DNA of 64,000 nt from a virus. Below are positions 10,055 to 19,875 of the stretch, piece by piece (position 1 is the first letter of the stretch; each line of letters opens with the position of its first letter). The notes beneath the pieces were generated by a model. It had not been told where the DNA came from. It ran no database searches and was given only the letters and a program-made list of their open reading frames with translations. The position numbers and the translations under genes were made by a program. The stretch covers positions 1-64,000 of IMG/VR virus record IMGVR_UViG_3300036766_000185. One strand, given 5' to 3'.

Positions 10055-10258
10055 TTACGCGGACTGAGCACCAACCACGACCCAAGCCGAATCGGTTTTA
10101 ACCATCAACTTGTGTGTCTCAGCGTCATATGCAACTGCACCCTCTGGAGCATCAGCAGGAAGATCATCCGTGTCAGCATAATTGGACGGCATGACATACC
10201 CAGTGGTTACCTTCAGAGGCCCAACCCAATGATTGTCAGGACTGTTATTCAGTGCCAT
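10055..10258 (-). CDS. Small capsid decoration / head fibre protein
   Basis: Between scaffold and capsid genes; GAVAYDAETHKLMV...W motif; GGAGG RBS. Confidence 0.6.
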   Translation of the reverse strand: MALNNSPDNHWVGPLKVTTGYVMPSNYADTDDLPADAPEGAVAYDAETHKLMVKTDSAWVVVGAQSA

Positions 10259-10285
10259 TTTATTGTATATCCTCCTTCTACTTCG

Positions 10286-11608
10286 TTAACTCTTTCGAAT
10301 ATCCCCGCCGAATTTTCGGTCAAGGGACTTGTTGATTAAGGACTCGCGTTTCTGTGCTAGCTCTGGAGGAAGATCCTTGTGTGGATTAGCCTTCACCCAA
10401 GCGTGGACTTCATCGTAATCCTTCTGAATTGTATCCTCTTCAGTTGTCTCATAAACCTTGTTAATTTTGTTGTATTTACGAGGAAGAGGTTCCTTCTCCA
10501 ATTTCTCAATCTTCTCTTGAAGAGTCGCCACGGTCTTTCGAAGATCTTCTACGCCGTCGCTCTTAGCTACTTTCACAGCGCCGTCTTCTGCATCTTCATC
10601 TGCGCCATGATCTGCCGCGTCTTCTGCATCAGCCGGTTTGTCTTTCTTTTTAACTGGAACCGCTGGTGTTTCTTGAGTCTTAAGATCGGACGTAGCTGGA
10701 TCTTTCGCCTTCTCTACTTCAGCCTCTTTCTTAACAGGAACAGCCGGAGTTTCTTGCGTCTTCAAGTCAGAAGTTGCTGGGTCTTTCGCCTTCTCGGTCG
10801 GTTCGCCTTCAGCTTCTTTCTTGACGGGCACGGCGGGAGTTTCCTGAGTCTTAAGATCGGAAGTGGCCGGATCCTTAGCTTTCTCAGTAACGTCTTCTTT
10901 AGCTTTCTCTTTCTCAGCTTCAATCTTCGCTTTGAGTTCTGGCGGCATTTCACCCTTGAGCAATTTGCCAATATTCTCAATTAATGAATCAATCTTGCCA
11001 GTAAGTTCTTTGACTAGAGTTGCGTCCATATCTACACTTTCACCTCCTGCTCTCTTCTCAGTTTCCAAAGAGTCGTTTGTTAGATCTGCACTCTTTTGTG
11101 TATCTTCAACTACCTCTGTTTGCTGCAGAGTTCCATCATCTGCCATCTTTACCAACGTAAATGTCGATTCTGGATTGGCAGGGTTATCTACGAGCGAAAG
11201 CTCATTAAGACGGTACTTGGTGATTCTGGTAATCTGTCTATCTTTCCCACTGTCTGCATCTTTAATAATCTGAACACTTTTGTCTAGCGTATTCCCACCG
11301 ATACTAAATCCGGTTAAAATACCCTCTTTCACTTTTGTCCAAGTATCCTCGGCTCCTTTAGAAATGTAAGCCTTCACATACACTGACTTGGTTTCATCAT
11401 CAGGAATAATCTCAATGGCTTTACCAACCGCGATAGGATTATGCATCTCGCGAACTGCGCCTGCCCACTCCTTAAAGGCGGCTTTGGAAGCACCGTAGTC
11501 CACGATCTCTGACTGTTTGTCCACCGCCTCGGTCGTGGCATAGCCGGCAACAGTTCGAGCTTCTTTATCGACCTTCAAAATTGGAACGTAAAAGTTCAAA
11601 TTGTTCAT
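10286..11608 (-). CDS. Prohead protease fused to scaffold region
   Basis: VAGYAT...VDKQSE, EMH, GFSIGG, ELSLVDNPANP (HK97/XkdF-type protease), followed by charged low-complexity scaffold. Confidence 0.9.
   Translation of the reverse strand: MNNLNFYVPILKVDKEARTVAGYATTEAVDKQSEIVDYGASKAAFKEWAGAVREMHNPIAVGKAIEIIPDDETKSVYVKAYISKGAEDTWTKVKEGILTGFSIGGNTLDKSVQIIKDADSGKDRQITRITKYRLNELSLVDNPANPESTFTLVKMADDGTLQQTEVVEDTQKSADLTNDSLETEKRAGGESVDMDATLVKELTGKIDSLIENIGKLLKGEMPPELKAKIEAEKEKAKEDVTEKAKDPATSDLKTQETPAVPVKKEAEGEPTEKAKDPATSDLKTQETPAVPVKKEAEVEKAKDPATSDLKTQETPAVPVKKKDKPADAEDAADHGADEDAEDGAVKVAKSDGVEDLRKTVATLQEKIEKLEKEPLPRKYNKINKVYETTEEDTIQKDYDEVHAWVKANPHKDLPPELAQKRESLINKSLDRKFGGDIRKS
10646..10885 (-). 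repeat. Three copies of EKAKDPATSDLKTQETPAVPVKK in the scaffold
   Basis: Identical 23-aa unit three times with different synonymous codons; boundaries approximate. Confidence 0.9.
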
Positions 11609-12134
11609 TTATTTTAGTTTCCTTTGCCTTATGGGGACAGACTCCTGCATTGAAAGCTCGCCCAAACTGGCAGTTCATGCACAACACTTCGTACCCCGAC
11701 GGGAAATTGTTTCTTATGACCCAAGTATAAAAGGCAGAGCCGCCTCTTTTTATTTCTTTCCTGTGTCGTGTTCCACCACCGCCGATGTGTTCAAGAGTTA
11801 GAAATACTACTTCAGTCTCTTCGCAACAAGAACATTTAAGTATGTCGACACTGGAACTGTAGTGTTGCAATACCCTTATTTTTCTAGATCGCAACAACTG
11901 CTTATTTTTTGCAAGTCTAACCGTTCTATGACGATAATAGCTATTTCGATCTTGCTCTTGTTTACGACCTGGATGTAATCGGTATGACTTGTCGCGAGCT
12001 TCTGTCATACAAGACTTGCAATAATACTGATATTTTCTTGTACGATTTGGTGCATTTCGTTTTGAAAACGAAGTCTTAGATTTCCACAATCTACATTTAT
12101 AACATAGCAACAAATCGATCATTTTAGAAGTCAA
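11565..12134 (-). CDS. HNH-like homing endonuclease
   Basis: CSCCEET...FLTLEH...YEVLCMNCQ...CPH; same family as 27278..27652. Confidence 0.8.
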   Translation of the reverse strand: MTSKMIDLLLCYKCRLWKSKTSFSKRNAPNRTRKYQYYCKSCMTEARDKSYRLHPGRKQEQDRNSYYRHRTVRLAKNKQLLRSRKIRVLQHYSSSVDILKCSCCEETEVVFLTLEHIGGGGTRHRKEIKRGGSAFYTWVIRNNFPSGYEVLCMNCQFGRAFNAGVCPHKAKETKINEQFELLRSNFEGR

Positions 12135-12675
12135 GACTAATATAAACTATAGCGGCGTTTTCCCCTGCCTTTAGATCTCGACCAACCCCAATCCCAATGC
12201 TTGTGTTGTCAATCTTAATTGGCCCGTTTAAGTGCAAATCGTAGCTTATGCCTGCACCTATAAAGGGTACCATCGCTAACAAATCTAAGTTTAAATTGTA
12301 GGCGTGCGCGACCTCTAATGCAACACCAACTGCTTCACTTCCTGCTGATGTAATTCCCGCAGCTAGCTTGGGGTGCATCTCCAGCCCAAAGGCTCGTAGA
12401 GTAGGAATCTCTCTATTAGAAACAATCTTCCCGTCAAACTTCATCACGCCATTTTTAACATCCAGCGTGTGTTGCTGTTTGTTGGCGTCAGACAGAACTA
12501 TATGAGCATCTCTCATATCAACATGAACTGGGCGATTTCTATATCCTTTATAATACCCCCACCCTAGAGCAATCAAACCTACTACTATCGCAACTCGAAG
12601 AGTATGCCCTATCGTCTTCCCCCAAGTTTGAGGGTCTAAAAGATGCTGCTTGAGAAAATCAATTGTTTTAGCCAT
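12124..12675 (-). CDS. Membrane-anchored protein with amphipathic beta-strand C-terminus
   Basis: N-terminal TM segment VAIVVGLIALGWGYY; ends AAIVYISLDF. Confidence 0.6.
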   Translation of the reverse strand: MAKTIDFLKQHLLDPQTWGKTIGHTLRVAIVVGLIALGWGYYKGYRNRPVHVDMRDAHIVLSDANKQQHTLDVKNGVMKFDGKIVSNREIPTLRAFGLEMHPKLAAGITSAGSEAVGVALEVAHAYNLNLDLLAMVPFIGAGISYDLHLNGPIKIDNTSIGIGVGRDLKAGENAAIVYISLDF

Positions 12676-12974
12676 TATCCTCTAAGACGGGTCAGACTTG
12701 CTTTCTGATGTGCCTCTAATTTGCTCAGAGTTTCTTCTAGCGAAGTCTTTTTCAAGACGAGAGAATCCTCTCCCAGAGCTTTACGAACTGTGCTCGACTC
12801 CACTTTAGAAAGGCGCTTTTCGAGATCAGCTATATTTACTAGATATTCCTTTAATACGGACTTACAAGATTCTAGTCTAGTAATATAGTTTGTTACAAAC
12901 TGTCCATCGAGCGTTTTTAAAATCATTCCCACATCAATCGCTGTGGGATTTTGAGTTGAGGAAGTATTTTCCAT
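12675..12974 (-). CDS. Hypothetical coiled-coil protein
   Basis: GGAG RBS; heptad pattern. Confidence 0.55.
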   Translation of the reverse strand: MENTSSTQNPTAIDVGMILKTLDGQFVTNYITRLESCKSVLKEYLVNIADLEKRLSKVESSTVRKALGEDSLVLKKTSLEETLSKLEAHQKASLTRLRG

Positions 12975-13045
12975 ATTACTCCTGAATGGTTGGGAACAAT
13001 TCTCCCGTTGTAAGGCAGATCTTCCCTTAGTATGCAGCTTTACAA

Positions 13046-13369
13046 CTACGCTACTTGACCTGGGTCTGGCTCTAACCCTAGCCTAACTCGGTCAGCATTC
13101 GACATAACGTTCTTAGGCTTTATCTTGTCACCAGAGAAAAAGAACTTACCACCCCCACCAGCGTCTCTCATCGTCTCTTCTTTAAAACGAAGCTTCTTGG
13201 GATCTCTAGTACAATCAAAACTCGATCCGTCGTCATGATGTACTTTGAACGTGTTCTGCCCAGTTCTCTCCATCTTAGTAGGCTGAGAGTTCGTCTGAGC
13301 ATGTTTCTTGCTAATACACTTCTCTTGCCCTTTATGTAATCTAGTTCTGGGAGTGATCAGATTGCTCAT
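13046..13369 (-). CDS. Hypothetical protein
   Basis: ORF overlapping the end of the MuF-like gene. Confidence 0.5.
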   Translation of the reverse strand: MSNLITPRTRLHKGQEKCISKKHAQTNSQPTKMERTGQNTFKVHHDDGSSFDCTRDPKKLRFKEETMRDAGGGGKFFFSGDKIKPKNVMSNADRVRLGLEPDPGQVA

Positions 13370-16300
13370 TTAGTCGCTCTTTTCGTTTAGCTTCAACTCG
13401 TGCACGTGCTGCTGCTACGATTCTAGCCCGCTCTCCAATCTTGGGAGCATCTCCAGATCCTGACTCCGCCCCTCCTTTGTGCTCTTCAACGTATACTCCC
13501 TCTTTCGGAAACAGAAATCCGCCATCTACTACATCATTAGCCGAGATAATCCCTTTGTCCTCTAGTTCGTTTATCGCCTGAGCGTGAGTACTAGCACCAC
13601 GAACGTAATATACCGATCCGTCTGCAGTTCTAATCGTAGACAACACCGACTCCGGGTTCTTTTCATAAACCTTAGGAGGATTCTTGGGATCGTATTTTCC
13701 GTGATTCTGTCCCTCACTCTCAGATTTAGACTCACCAAATCTTCCTTTTTCATCTCTTGGATGAAGTGATTCAGTGAACTCTTTAGTCATATCACTCCAC
13801 ATCGTTTTGACGACTTTCTGATTTTCTCCCTCTTTGAGTTTAAATGATCGATATACGATCGCTCTAGTTACAGCAGTTAGACCTTCAGTCAAATAGAGTT
13901 CGTTTTTATAGCTAGACCACTCAGCAGGAGTAAGCTCATGTACGTTAGATTTGTCCTTTGGCAGAGGGATTGTATACTCAGACGGATCGAATCGAATTCC
14001 TTCGCTCTCTGCTACGCTTCCAGAATCTGAGAACTGCCCATGATTATCGCGAGGATGAAGGTCTTCTGACCATTCAGCTTTAGAGACTTCTCCTGTTATC
14101 TTCTCATAAGCCGCTTTAGTCGCAGGAATATAAACCGTGATGCTATCATCCTCTTTGTGCACCGCTGTAATCCATTCCGCTTTAATGTGATCCAGCATAT
14201 ACGACTGGTCAGGATCTTCAGTATCTCGCTGCGCATTCTTCTTGAAATAATCCTTGGGAATTCTAGCTTCAATCACGACCGGCGTGGCATCTTTCTCGTC
14301 GCTAAACGCAACTGCCATTTCCGCATAGGTTTGAGCATGCGCAGAATATCTAGTAACAAAGACTTTCCCTTCTCGCAGCTTAGCTTCTCTTCCGGGACCA
14401 ACTTGAGCCTCCTGATCAAAGACGTGATATTTCCCTACTTTTAACCCAGTTTGGAGGATAGACTTAACGTTCGATTCGACGGTTCCGTGGTAAACGAGCA
14501 CCGCGGAAAACTTCCCTCTATCGTCTCGTGGGTGAGATTCTTCAGTCCAATCGGCCTTCTCGATTTTTAATCCGGGAAATGAGTAGATATGCGTCCCATT
14601 CGACAATACGTGAATCTCCAGACTTGATGAAGACGCTTCGCTCTTTTTAACGTATTCTTTCCCATGGAAAATGTTCGTCTTGTACCAGGAATAGGTCTGA
14701 GGGGTGGTCTGTCTCATTTTCCCTGGAGACTCGATGTATGCTCGAAATAGTCCAGCCAAAAGTTCTACGGGTCCACCTTGCTCACCCTTGATTAGCACTT
14801 TTTCTACGGGTTCGTCTACAGCATGTCTGAGCAAGCTAGCACCTGGCTCCTTTGTCATGTCAGTTCTCCCAGCGCCAAAGTGTCCTGCTTCATGTAAGAG
14901 TACCGTCTCAAGAGATGGGGCTTTAGACCAATCTGCATTGGCATTTATAATGAGTTTTCCAGACTTGGGATCGGAGAAAGCAAAAGTAAGCTTGGCATTC
15001 TCCTCGTCTGGTTTGATTCCGGCCTCGTACATCTCTGCAGCGATAGATCCGCCTCTAAACTTTGCGCTGGTGAATTGATTTGTTACTTCAACTGTTTTAA
15101 TCTTGTCAGCAATTTGTGAAGGAAGTTTATCTTTTATAACAGTCATTGTATCGTTAACTTGGGTACGTACCAGAGAGAGAGTCTTTCTGTCTACAATTTC
15201 CTTCTCCCGTCTCCAAGCAATCCCTGCAGTACCACCACCACCTGCAGCGTAGGTAGCGGTCTCCCCGAATCTTCCACCTGCGTCCCTAGGGTGAAGCTCC
15301 TCGGTCCATTCGCCCTTGTTAATCTTCTGGGCTTCACGTCGGTCGATCTCTGCTAGAACCGATTCCCAATCACCTGTGAAAGCGACCGCTCTATCATCTA
15401 TGTAGTACGATGCTAGAGGCTTTCCCTGATTGGCGTCCTCTGGCTGATTGGGATTGTGATTGATAGCAGTAAACGGGATCTCATGATCGCCTAAGTAGGT
15501 CTCAATCGCGGCTGTATCTCCGCGACAAGTGTGAACAATAATCGTATAGCCTCTGTTTTTGAGTTCTATGAGGGCTTCTTTAGCGCCAGGAAGAACCTTA
15601 CCAAATCGTTTATCGTTATACTCTGGCTTTTCAAGAATTGTTCCGTCTAAATCAACAGCGATCGTTTTAGCTTCGATAGGCTCAGCCTTAGTAACTTTTG
15701 TGGAATCGCCCTCGTCGGGAGGCTGCTCAGAAGGTTCAAACAATTCTATACATCTGCAATTCGTAAGACATTCATTAGAACCGGCTTCATTTGCAAAATC
15801 GTCAGTTGTCATCCACTGATCATCGTTAGCTTCGCACCCATCGCATACGCGGTCATCGTGCACTGTATGCCAAATGCCGCCTTCTACCACATCTCCAATG
15901 GGTAACCCTGTTTCTTCATCTATAATAGGTTCTCCTGTTGGATCGCCGTTCTCATCCACCCCCTGAACATCCTTGATAGACTGACTCATTCCAGCGGCTA
16001 GCAGAATACTACCGGCAGCGGCTGCAAACATTCCTAGACGCCCTAAATCTGAGTTCTGAGCGTCTCCCAGTTTCTGCGTCAGGTCTTCGTCTGATAGCCC
16101 CTCGTCAGCAAGCATTTCTGAATATTGCTCATAGGCATCGTCTGATAACTTGTCAATGTACTCGTCATTCCAAGCGAGCTTGTCGTTCAATACTTCTTGA
16201 TCAACAGGAGTAACTGCATCATCGACTTCTTGATTGGTGAGAGCTTGCCCACGATTCTTGCCCAAGATGTAGGCGCTGGCAAATGCAGTCGTAGCAGCAG

Positions 16301-16823
16301 CTTTTAATGCCTCATTCATCTGATCAATCTTCGGCTTAATTAGCTTATCTTTTTGTGCGCGAAGATACTTCATGTACAAAACTTGTCTACGATCGGGGTC
16401 GGACTCTCGATTCACTTCAGCTAACGTATCAGGAGCATCATCGTTCGCTTTCATAAACTTCTTTACGCTGTCAGGATGAAGAGAGTTCACGATCTCTGTG
16501 TGATGCTGTTTCCAAATACTAAGAAGATTGCCTTTATAACTCTCGATGATTCTATCGAGTTTTTTCCCAATTTTAATGGGGACTGACCGTTTCCTCATAA
16601 TGGAAAGGTAGTCCCCATTAAACTCAATAGCGCTGATTAGTGGATATGACTTCGTTGTAGTTATAAAGATAGCTTTGTCGTTATAGACCTTACGCAACTT
16701 TTCTATAGGCTGAGGAACGTCGAGGTCTAGGTGCATTTTCGGGATTATATTTACCTTTATTGATAATCTTCCACAGCTTTTTCTTAGGCAGTCTATTTTT
16801 AATTCTGTGCCTAGCCGGAACAA
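13341..16823 (-). CDS. MuF-like head morphogenesis polyprotein with HAD phosphatase, zincin-like and ADP-ribosyltransferase-like modules
   Basis: Next to portal; WHTVHDDRVCDGC...CLTNCRC (MuF-like); IAVDLDGT...YIDDRA (HAD); HEAGH (zincin); YHGT...GL...VFVT...YA (ART-like); true start uncertain. Confidence 0.8.
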   Translation of the reverse strand: MFRLGTELKIDCLRKSCGRLSIKVNIIPKMHLDLDVPQPIEKLRKVYNDKAIFITTTKSYPLISAIEFNGDYLSIMRKRSVPIKIGKKLDRIIESYKGNLLSIWKQHHTEIVNSLHPDSVKKFMKANDDAPDTLAEVNRESDPDRRQVLYMKYLRAQKDKLIKPKIDQMNEALKAAATTAFASAYILGKNRGQALTNQEVDDAVTPVDQEVLNDKLAWNDEYIDKLSDDAYEQYSEMLADEGLSDEDLTQKLGDAQNSDLGRLGMFAAAAGSILLAAGMSQSIKDVQGVDENGDPTGEPIIDEETGLPIGDVVEGGIWHTVHDDRVCDGCEANDDQWMTTDDFANEAGSNECLTNCRCIELFEPSEQPPDEGDSTKVTKAEPIEAKTIAVDLDGTILEKPEYNDKRFGKVLPGAKEALIELKNRGYTIIVHTCRGDTAAIETYLGDHEIPFTAINHNPNQPEDANQGKPLASYYIDDRAVAFTGDWESVLAEIDRREAQKINKGEWTEELHPRDAGGRFGETATYAAGGGGTAGIAWRREKEIVDRKTLSLVRTQVNDTMTVIKDKLPSQIADKIKTVEVTNQFTSAKFRGGSIAAEMYEAGIKPDEENAKLTFAFSDPKSGKLIINANADWSKAPSLETVLLHEAGHFGAGRTDMTKEPGASLLRHAVDEPVEKVLIKGEQGGPVELLAGLFRAYIESPGKMRQTTPQTYSWYKTNIFHGKEYVKKSEASSSSLEIHVLSNGTHIYSFPGLKIEKADWTEESHPRDDRGKFSAVLVYHGTVESNVKSILQTGLKVGKYHVFDQEAQVGPGREAKLREGKVFVTRYSAHAQTYAEMAVAFSDEKDATPVVIEARIPKDYFKKNAQRDTEDPDQSYMLDHIKAEWITAVHKEDDSITVYIPATKAAYEKITGEVSKAEWSEDLHPRDNHGQFSDSGSVAESEGIRFDPSEYTIPLPKDKSNVHELTPAEWSSYKNELYLTEGLTAVTRAIVYRSFKLKEGENQKVVKTMWSDMTKEFTESLHPRDEKGRFGESKSESEGQNHGKYDPKNPPKVYEKNPESVLSTIRTADGSVYYVRGASTHAQAINELEDKGIISANDVVDGGFLFPKEGVYVEEHKGGAESGSGDAPKIGERARIVAAARARVEAKRKERLNEQSDHSQN

Positions 16824-17034
16824 TGATACTCAGAATGTCATCATCTAAAACAAGAATATTCCCACAGTTAGAGCAGATCAATCCCTGTGCAACTATCCCT
16901 TTGTGAGGACGAACTAGTTGCTCTACTGGAGATTCAATCATACCAGAGCAATAGTTACATATAATAACTACGTTATCTGGAGAGGTCTGTACGAAGAGAG
17001 ATCTTTTATTTGTCTTTTGCGATGGTCTTCGCAT
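16690..17034 (-). CDS. Zn-ribbon protein
   Basis: CNYC...CSNC; overlaps both neighbours. Confidence 0.5.
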   Translation of the reverse strand: MRRPSQKTNKRSLFVQTSPDNVVIICNYCSGMIESPVEQLVRPHKGIVAQGLICSNCGNILVLDDDILSIIVPARHRIKNRLPKKKLWKIINKGKYNPENAPRPRRSSAYRKVA

Positions 17035-18865
17035 CTTCGAATCCGATCTTGATAGTGGCGTCTATTCCCTTCTCTTGTAGGGATTGTACGACCTCTTTTA
17101 ACATTTCATGCTGTTTATCGATCGGTTTTCGACGATTAACTTTCATAGCAACCACGCCTGTAGTGGGTGCTTTCTCTTCTTCAGGTTTAGCAGCGACTTC
17201 TTCCTTCTTATCTGATTCTTTAGGAGTTGGTTTCTCTCCAGGCTTAGGAGTCTCTTTCAAATTCTGATTCGGAGCGCCCTGCTCTTTATCAGCAGCGGCT
17301 TGCTCGTCAATATCTTCACGCCCTTCTTCTTTGGCTGCAAGATCAGAAACGGCCACTACTTGCGGAGTCGCGATAGTAACGGTATCTCCGCCATCGACCG
17401 GTTTCAATCCTAGTTTCTTTCTTCGTTCGTTGATGGACAGCACACCATGTTCAATATCTCGTGCATCCACGTTTGATTCCTTCTCTTGATCAGCAACGTC
17501 TGAGTCCTGCCACACAAACTTAATATCTGAGTAAGGCTTCCCGTAATTAGAGTCAAAAATTTCCTTCTTAACAATCTCTGTGTTGTAATATTGCTGTAGT
17601 AAATGAAAGACCGTCTGAATCCCTCTAGCTCGTGAAATTCCCTGCTGTGTTTCACTTGTGGTTCGATGATAGTCCACAACGAATCCAATATCCTGACCTG
17701 ATAGGCCGTAACAAGCAGTCTTAATGGCAAGAGTCCATTTGAGATACTCCATCATCTGCATATCTCTGTTGGACATATTTCTGATGGGAATAAACTTAGA
17801 GTTCTCGCTCCCACTAATAAAGAGCATCTTGTGTAGACCACCACGACCCTTAATTTCGTTCTCCCACATCGATTGAAAGTTAGTTCTTTGATCGTCGGTT
17901 ACATCTTTTCCTAAATCAAAGACGCCTGGCGGAACGTTAGAGTTCTTAAAGTAATCGATGTTGTATTCATCTGCATAGATGCTCGCTGTGATCACGTACG
18001 CAGCTACCTCTAGTGGGCTAATTCCGTATCCGGATGCCTGAGGATTCGACACCATATAGATCAATTCATCTTTGGTAAATTCGGCTCGAATTATACCGCC
18101 ATCTTCCCAAACGAACGCGGGGTCCGGAGGAAGAGGAATTGTGCGATCCTCATTTCTGTAGATTCGCACATCTTTTCCCGGAATGTGATAGAGTTCAGCT
18201 AGCTCTCCACGATGATTTAGATTCTTTACTAGACAACCGGCATCGTAAATTAAAATGTCGTCTAATAGCAAGTCTTGTAGAGTCCTAAATGTTGATTCGA
18301 CTCCGCGCTCGGATGGAGTGCTAAAGATCTTTTTAACTGGCTCTATGTGGCTTTCTGCCTCGGCCCGTATCTGTCTGACTACAGAAGCAAAATACCATTG
18401 AATCGCCTTTTTCTTTTCCGACATGGCAGTTGGCTCTGTCATGATCTTCTTAAGCGTAGAACTAATATCATTCACTAATTTAGGATCAAGCTTGTCCGTA
18501 TGAAAATCATTCAGATTTCCTATCGCATACGGGGATAGATGAGACAACGCATATTCTTCCCATCGATCTACTTCTTGCTCGACTGCTTCGGTATCAATGT
18601 CAATATCCCACTCTGCTTGATTTACGAAGGCTCGAATGGTCCTTCGAATCGCCCACGTAATTGGGTCGGAGTTGGCAAGTCTGCTTAGAGTCTCTGCATT
18701 CAGCGTAAATAACTTCTGCTGTTTTTTGTTTACAGAGGTGTTCAAAAATCTCCACAGACCTTTTCGAGGCTCAGGATCTCTTGGATCTGGCTCTGTTTTC
18801 TTAGCAAACATAAATTGCTTGATGCTGTTGACCAGCCCAGATGAATTACTTTTGCTTGGTGGCAT
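17006..18865 (-). CDS. Portal protein
   Basis: YGISPLE, YFKNSNVPPG, DMQMMEY, SINERRKKLGLKPVDGGD (HK97-like portal). Confidence 0.9.
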   Translation of the reverse strand: MPPSKSNSSGLVNSIKQFMFAKKTEPDPRDPEPRKGLWRFLNTSVNKKQQKLFTLNAETLSRLANSDPITWAIRRTIRAFVNQAEWDIDIDTEAVEQEVDRWEEYALSHLSPYAIGNLNDFHTDKLDPKLVNDISSTLKKIMTEPTAMSEKKKAIQWYFASVVRQIRAEAESHIEPVKKIFSTPSERGVESTFRTLQDLLLDDILIYDAGCLVKNLNHRGELAELYHIPGKDVRIYRNEDRTIPLPPDPAFVWEDGGIIRAEFTKDELIYMVSNPQASGYGISPLEVAAYVITASIYADEYNIDYFKNSNVPPGVFDLGKDVTDDQRTNFQSMWENEIKGRGGLHKMLFISGSENSKFIPIRNMSNRDMQMMEYLKWTLAIKTACYGLSGQDIGFVVDYHRTTSETQQGISRARGIQTVFHLLQQYYNTEIVKKEIFDSNYGKPYSDIKFVWQDSDVADQEKESNVDARDIEHGVLSINERRKKLGLKPVDGGDTVTIATPQVVAVSDLAAKEEGREDIDEQAAADKEQGAPNQNLKETPKPGEKPTPKESDKKEEVAAKPEEEKAPTTGVVAMKVNRRKPIDKQHEMLKEVVQSLQEKGIDATIKIGFEDAKTIAKDK

Positions 18866-19268
18866 TATTCTTTCGACTCCTATATTTCTTATCTAATGCG
18901 TCTGTGATCGCAACAACAATCTTGTGTTCAATTTTATCCGCTTGTCGAATGAATGTTTTTCTGGCTTTAGGGCTGTCAACGTGATTTCGAACAATTTCTG
19001 CTAACAATTCTGCGTATTCGTTGAATCTTGTATGTAAAAGTTCGTGAATGACTGTTCTCTCTACTTCCTGAGGCTCTTTTAATAGTCGTGTTCTATTAAT
19101 GTCGATCGCGACTTCTCTAGTCTCATCGTCCGTATCCACACGAGCATAATCACCACTTATAGACGAATTGCTTACATAGTTAAGAATGAACTTGTAGTCT
19201 GAAATTCCCAATTCGTTAGCCCAATGACCGATACTCTTCGCGAGCTTGATACCCCACGCATCTTTCAT
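18846..19268 (-). CDS. Zincin-like metallopeptidase
   Basis: TVIHELLH HExxH motif with downstream EH. Confidence 0.65.
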   Translation of the reverse strand: MKDAWGIKLAKSIGHWANELGISDYKFILNYVSNSSISGDYARVDTDDETREVAIDINRTRLLKEPQEVERTVIHELLHTRFNEYAELLAEIVRNHVDSPKARKTFIRQADKIEHKIVVAITDALDKKYRSRKNNATKQK

Positions 19269-19534
19269 TGTTGAGCTTTCCTTTTTAAATCGGCCATTAA
19301 ATCTATCTTATCTTGTACGCTAAGAGGCTTCCCAAGTTCTTGTAGGCCTCTGCAATCGTAGCATCTCTTCACTGTGCAATCGGAGCAATACTGACTCCAG
19401 TATCCAATTCTAGTCAGAAATAGAAGAATCTTATCCTTGTCAATTCGAGTCTCTGATGCTATCTCGTTAACGGTATGCCCAGCCTTGAAGAGACGCACTA
19501 TTACCCCTTGACTTTCCGAGGGTATGGAGTACAT
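19265..19534 (-). CDS. HTH protein with Cys cluster
   Basis: GHTVNEIASETRI helix-turn-helix; CSDC...CYDC. Confidence 0.55.
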   Translation of the reverse strand: MYSIPSESQGVIVRLFKAGHTVNEIASETRIDKDKILLFLTRIGYWSQYCSDCTVKRCYDCRGLQELGKPLSVQDKIDLMADLKRKAQQ

Positions 19535-19569
19535 GTTTAGCTACTCCTATATTTAAAGTGTCTACAAAT

Positions 19570-19875
19570 TTACGCGCTGTCTAAACTTCCAGCGCGGGAA
19601 TCTATATATGCCGTATCAGTTCGAACTTGATTTCCAGGTTCGGAGTGCATAATGTCTTTCCCCTGTCCAGATTGACGTTGCCCATAAGCCTCGTCTTTTT
19701 TGCGTGGCTTTTTCTCGTCGTCTTTCTTGGGAAAAATAGCTGATCTAGTATCTGGAGGCTCTGTCGCCGAATCAGTTTGAGGAGATAGAACGTTGTTATC
19801 TCCTATTGTCTTCTTCAACGAAACGAGAACGTCCTTCAACAAGATCAACGTTTCTTGATTCATATTAGTGTACAC
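19570..19875 (-). CDS. Hypothetical protein
   Basis: ORF in operon. Confidence 0.5.
   Translation of the reverse strand: MYTNMNQETLILLKDVLVSLKKTIGDNNVLSPQTDSATEPPDTRSAIFPKKDDEKKPRKKDEAYGQRQSGQGKDIMHSEPGNQVRTDTAYIDSRAGSLDSA

Noticed and set aside
16690-16823. Programmed frameshift joining the Zn-ribbon ORF to the MuF polyprotein
   Set aside because: The 134-bp overlap is suggestive, but I saw no clear slippery site with a stimulatory structure, and a later MuF start would explain it.
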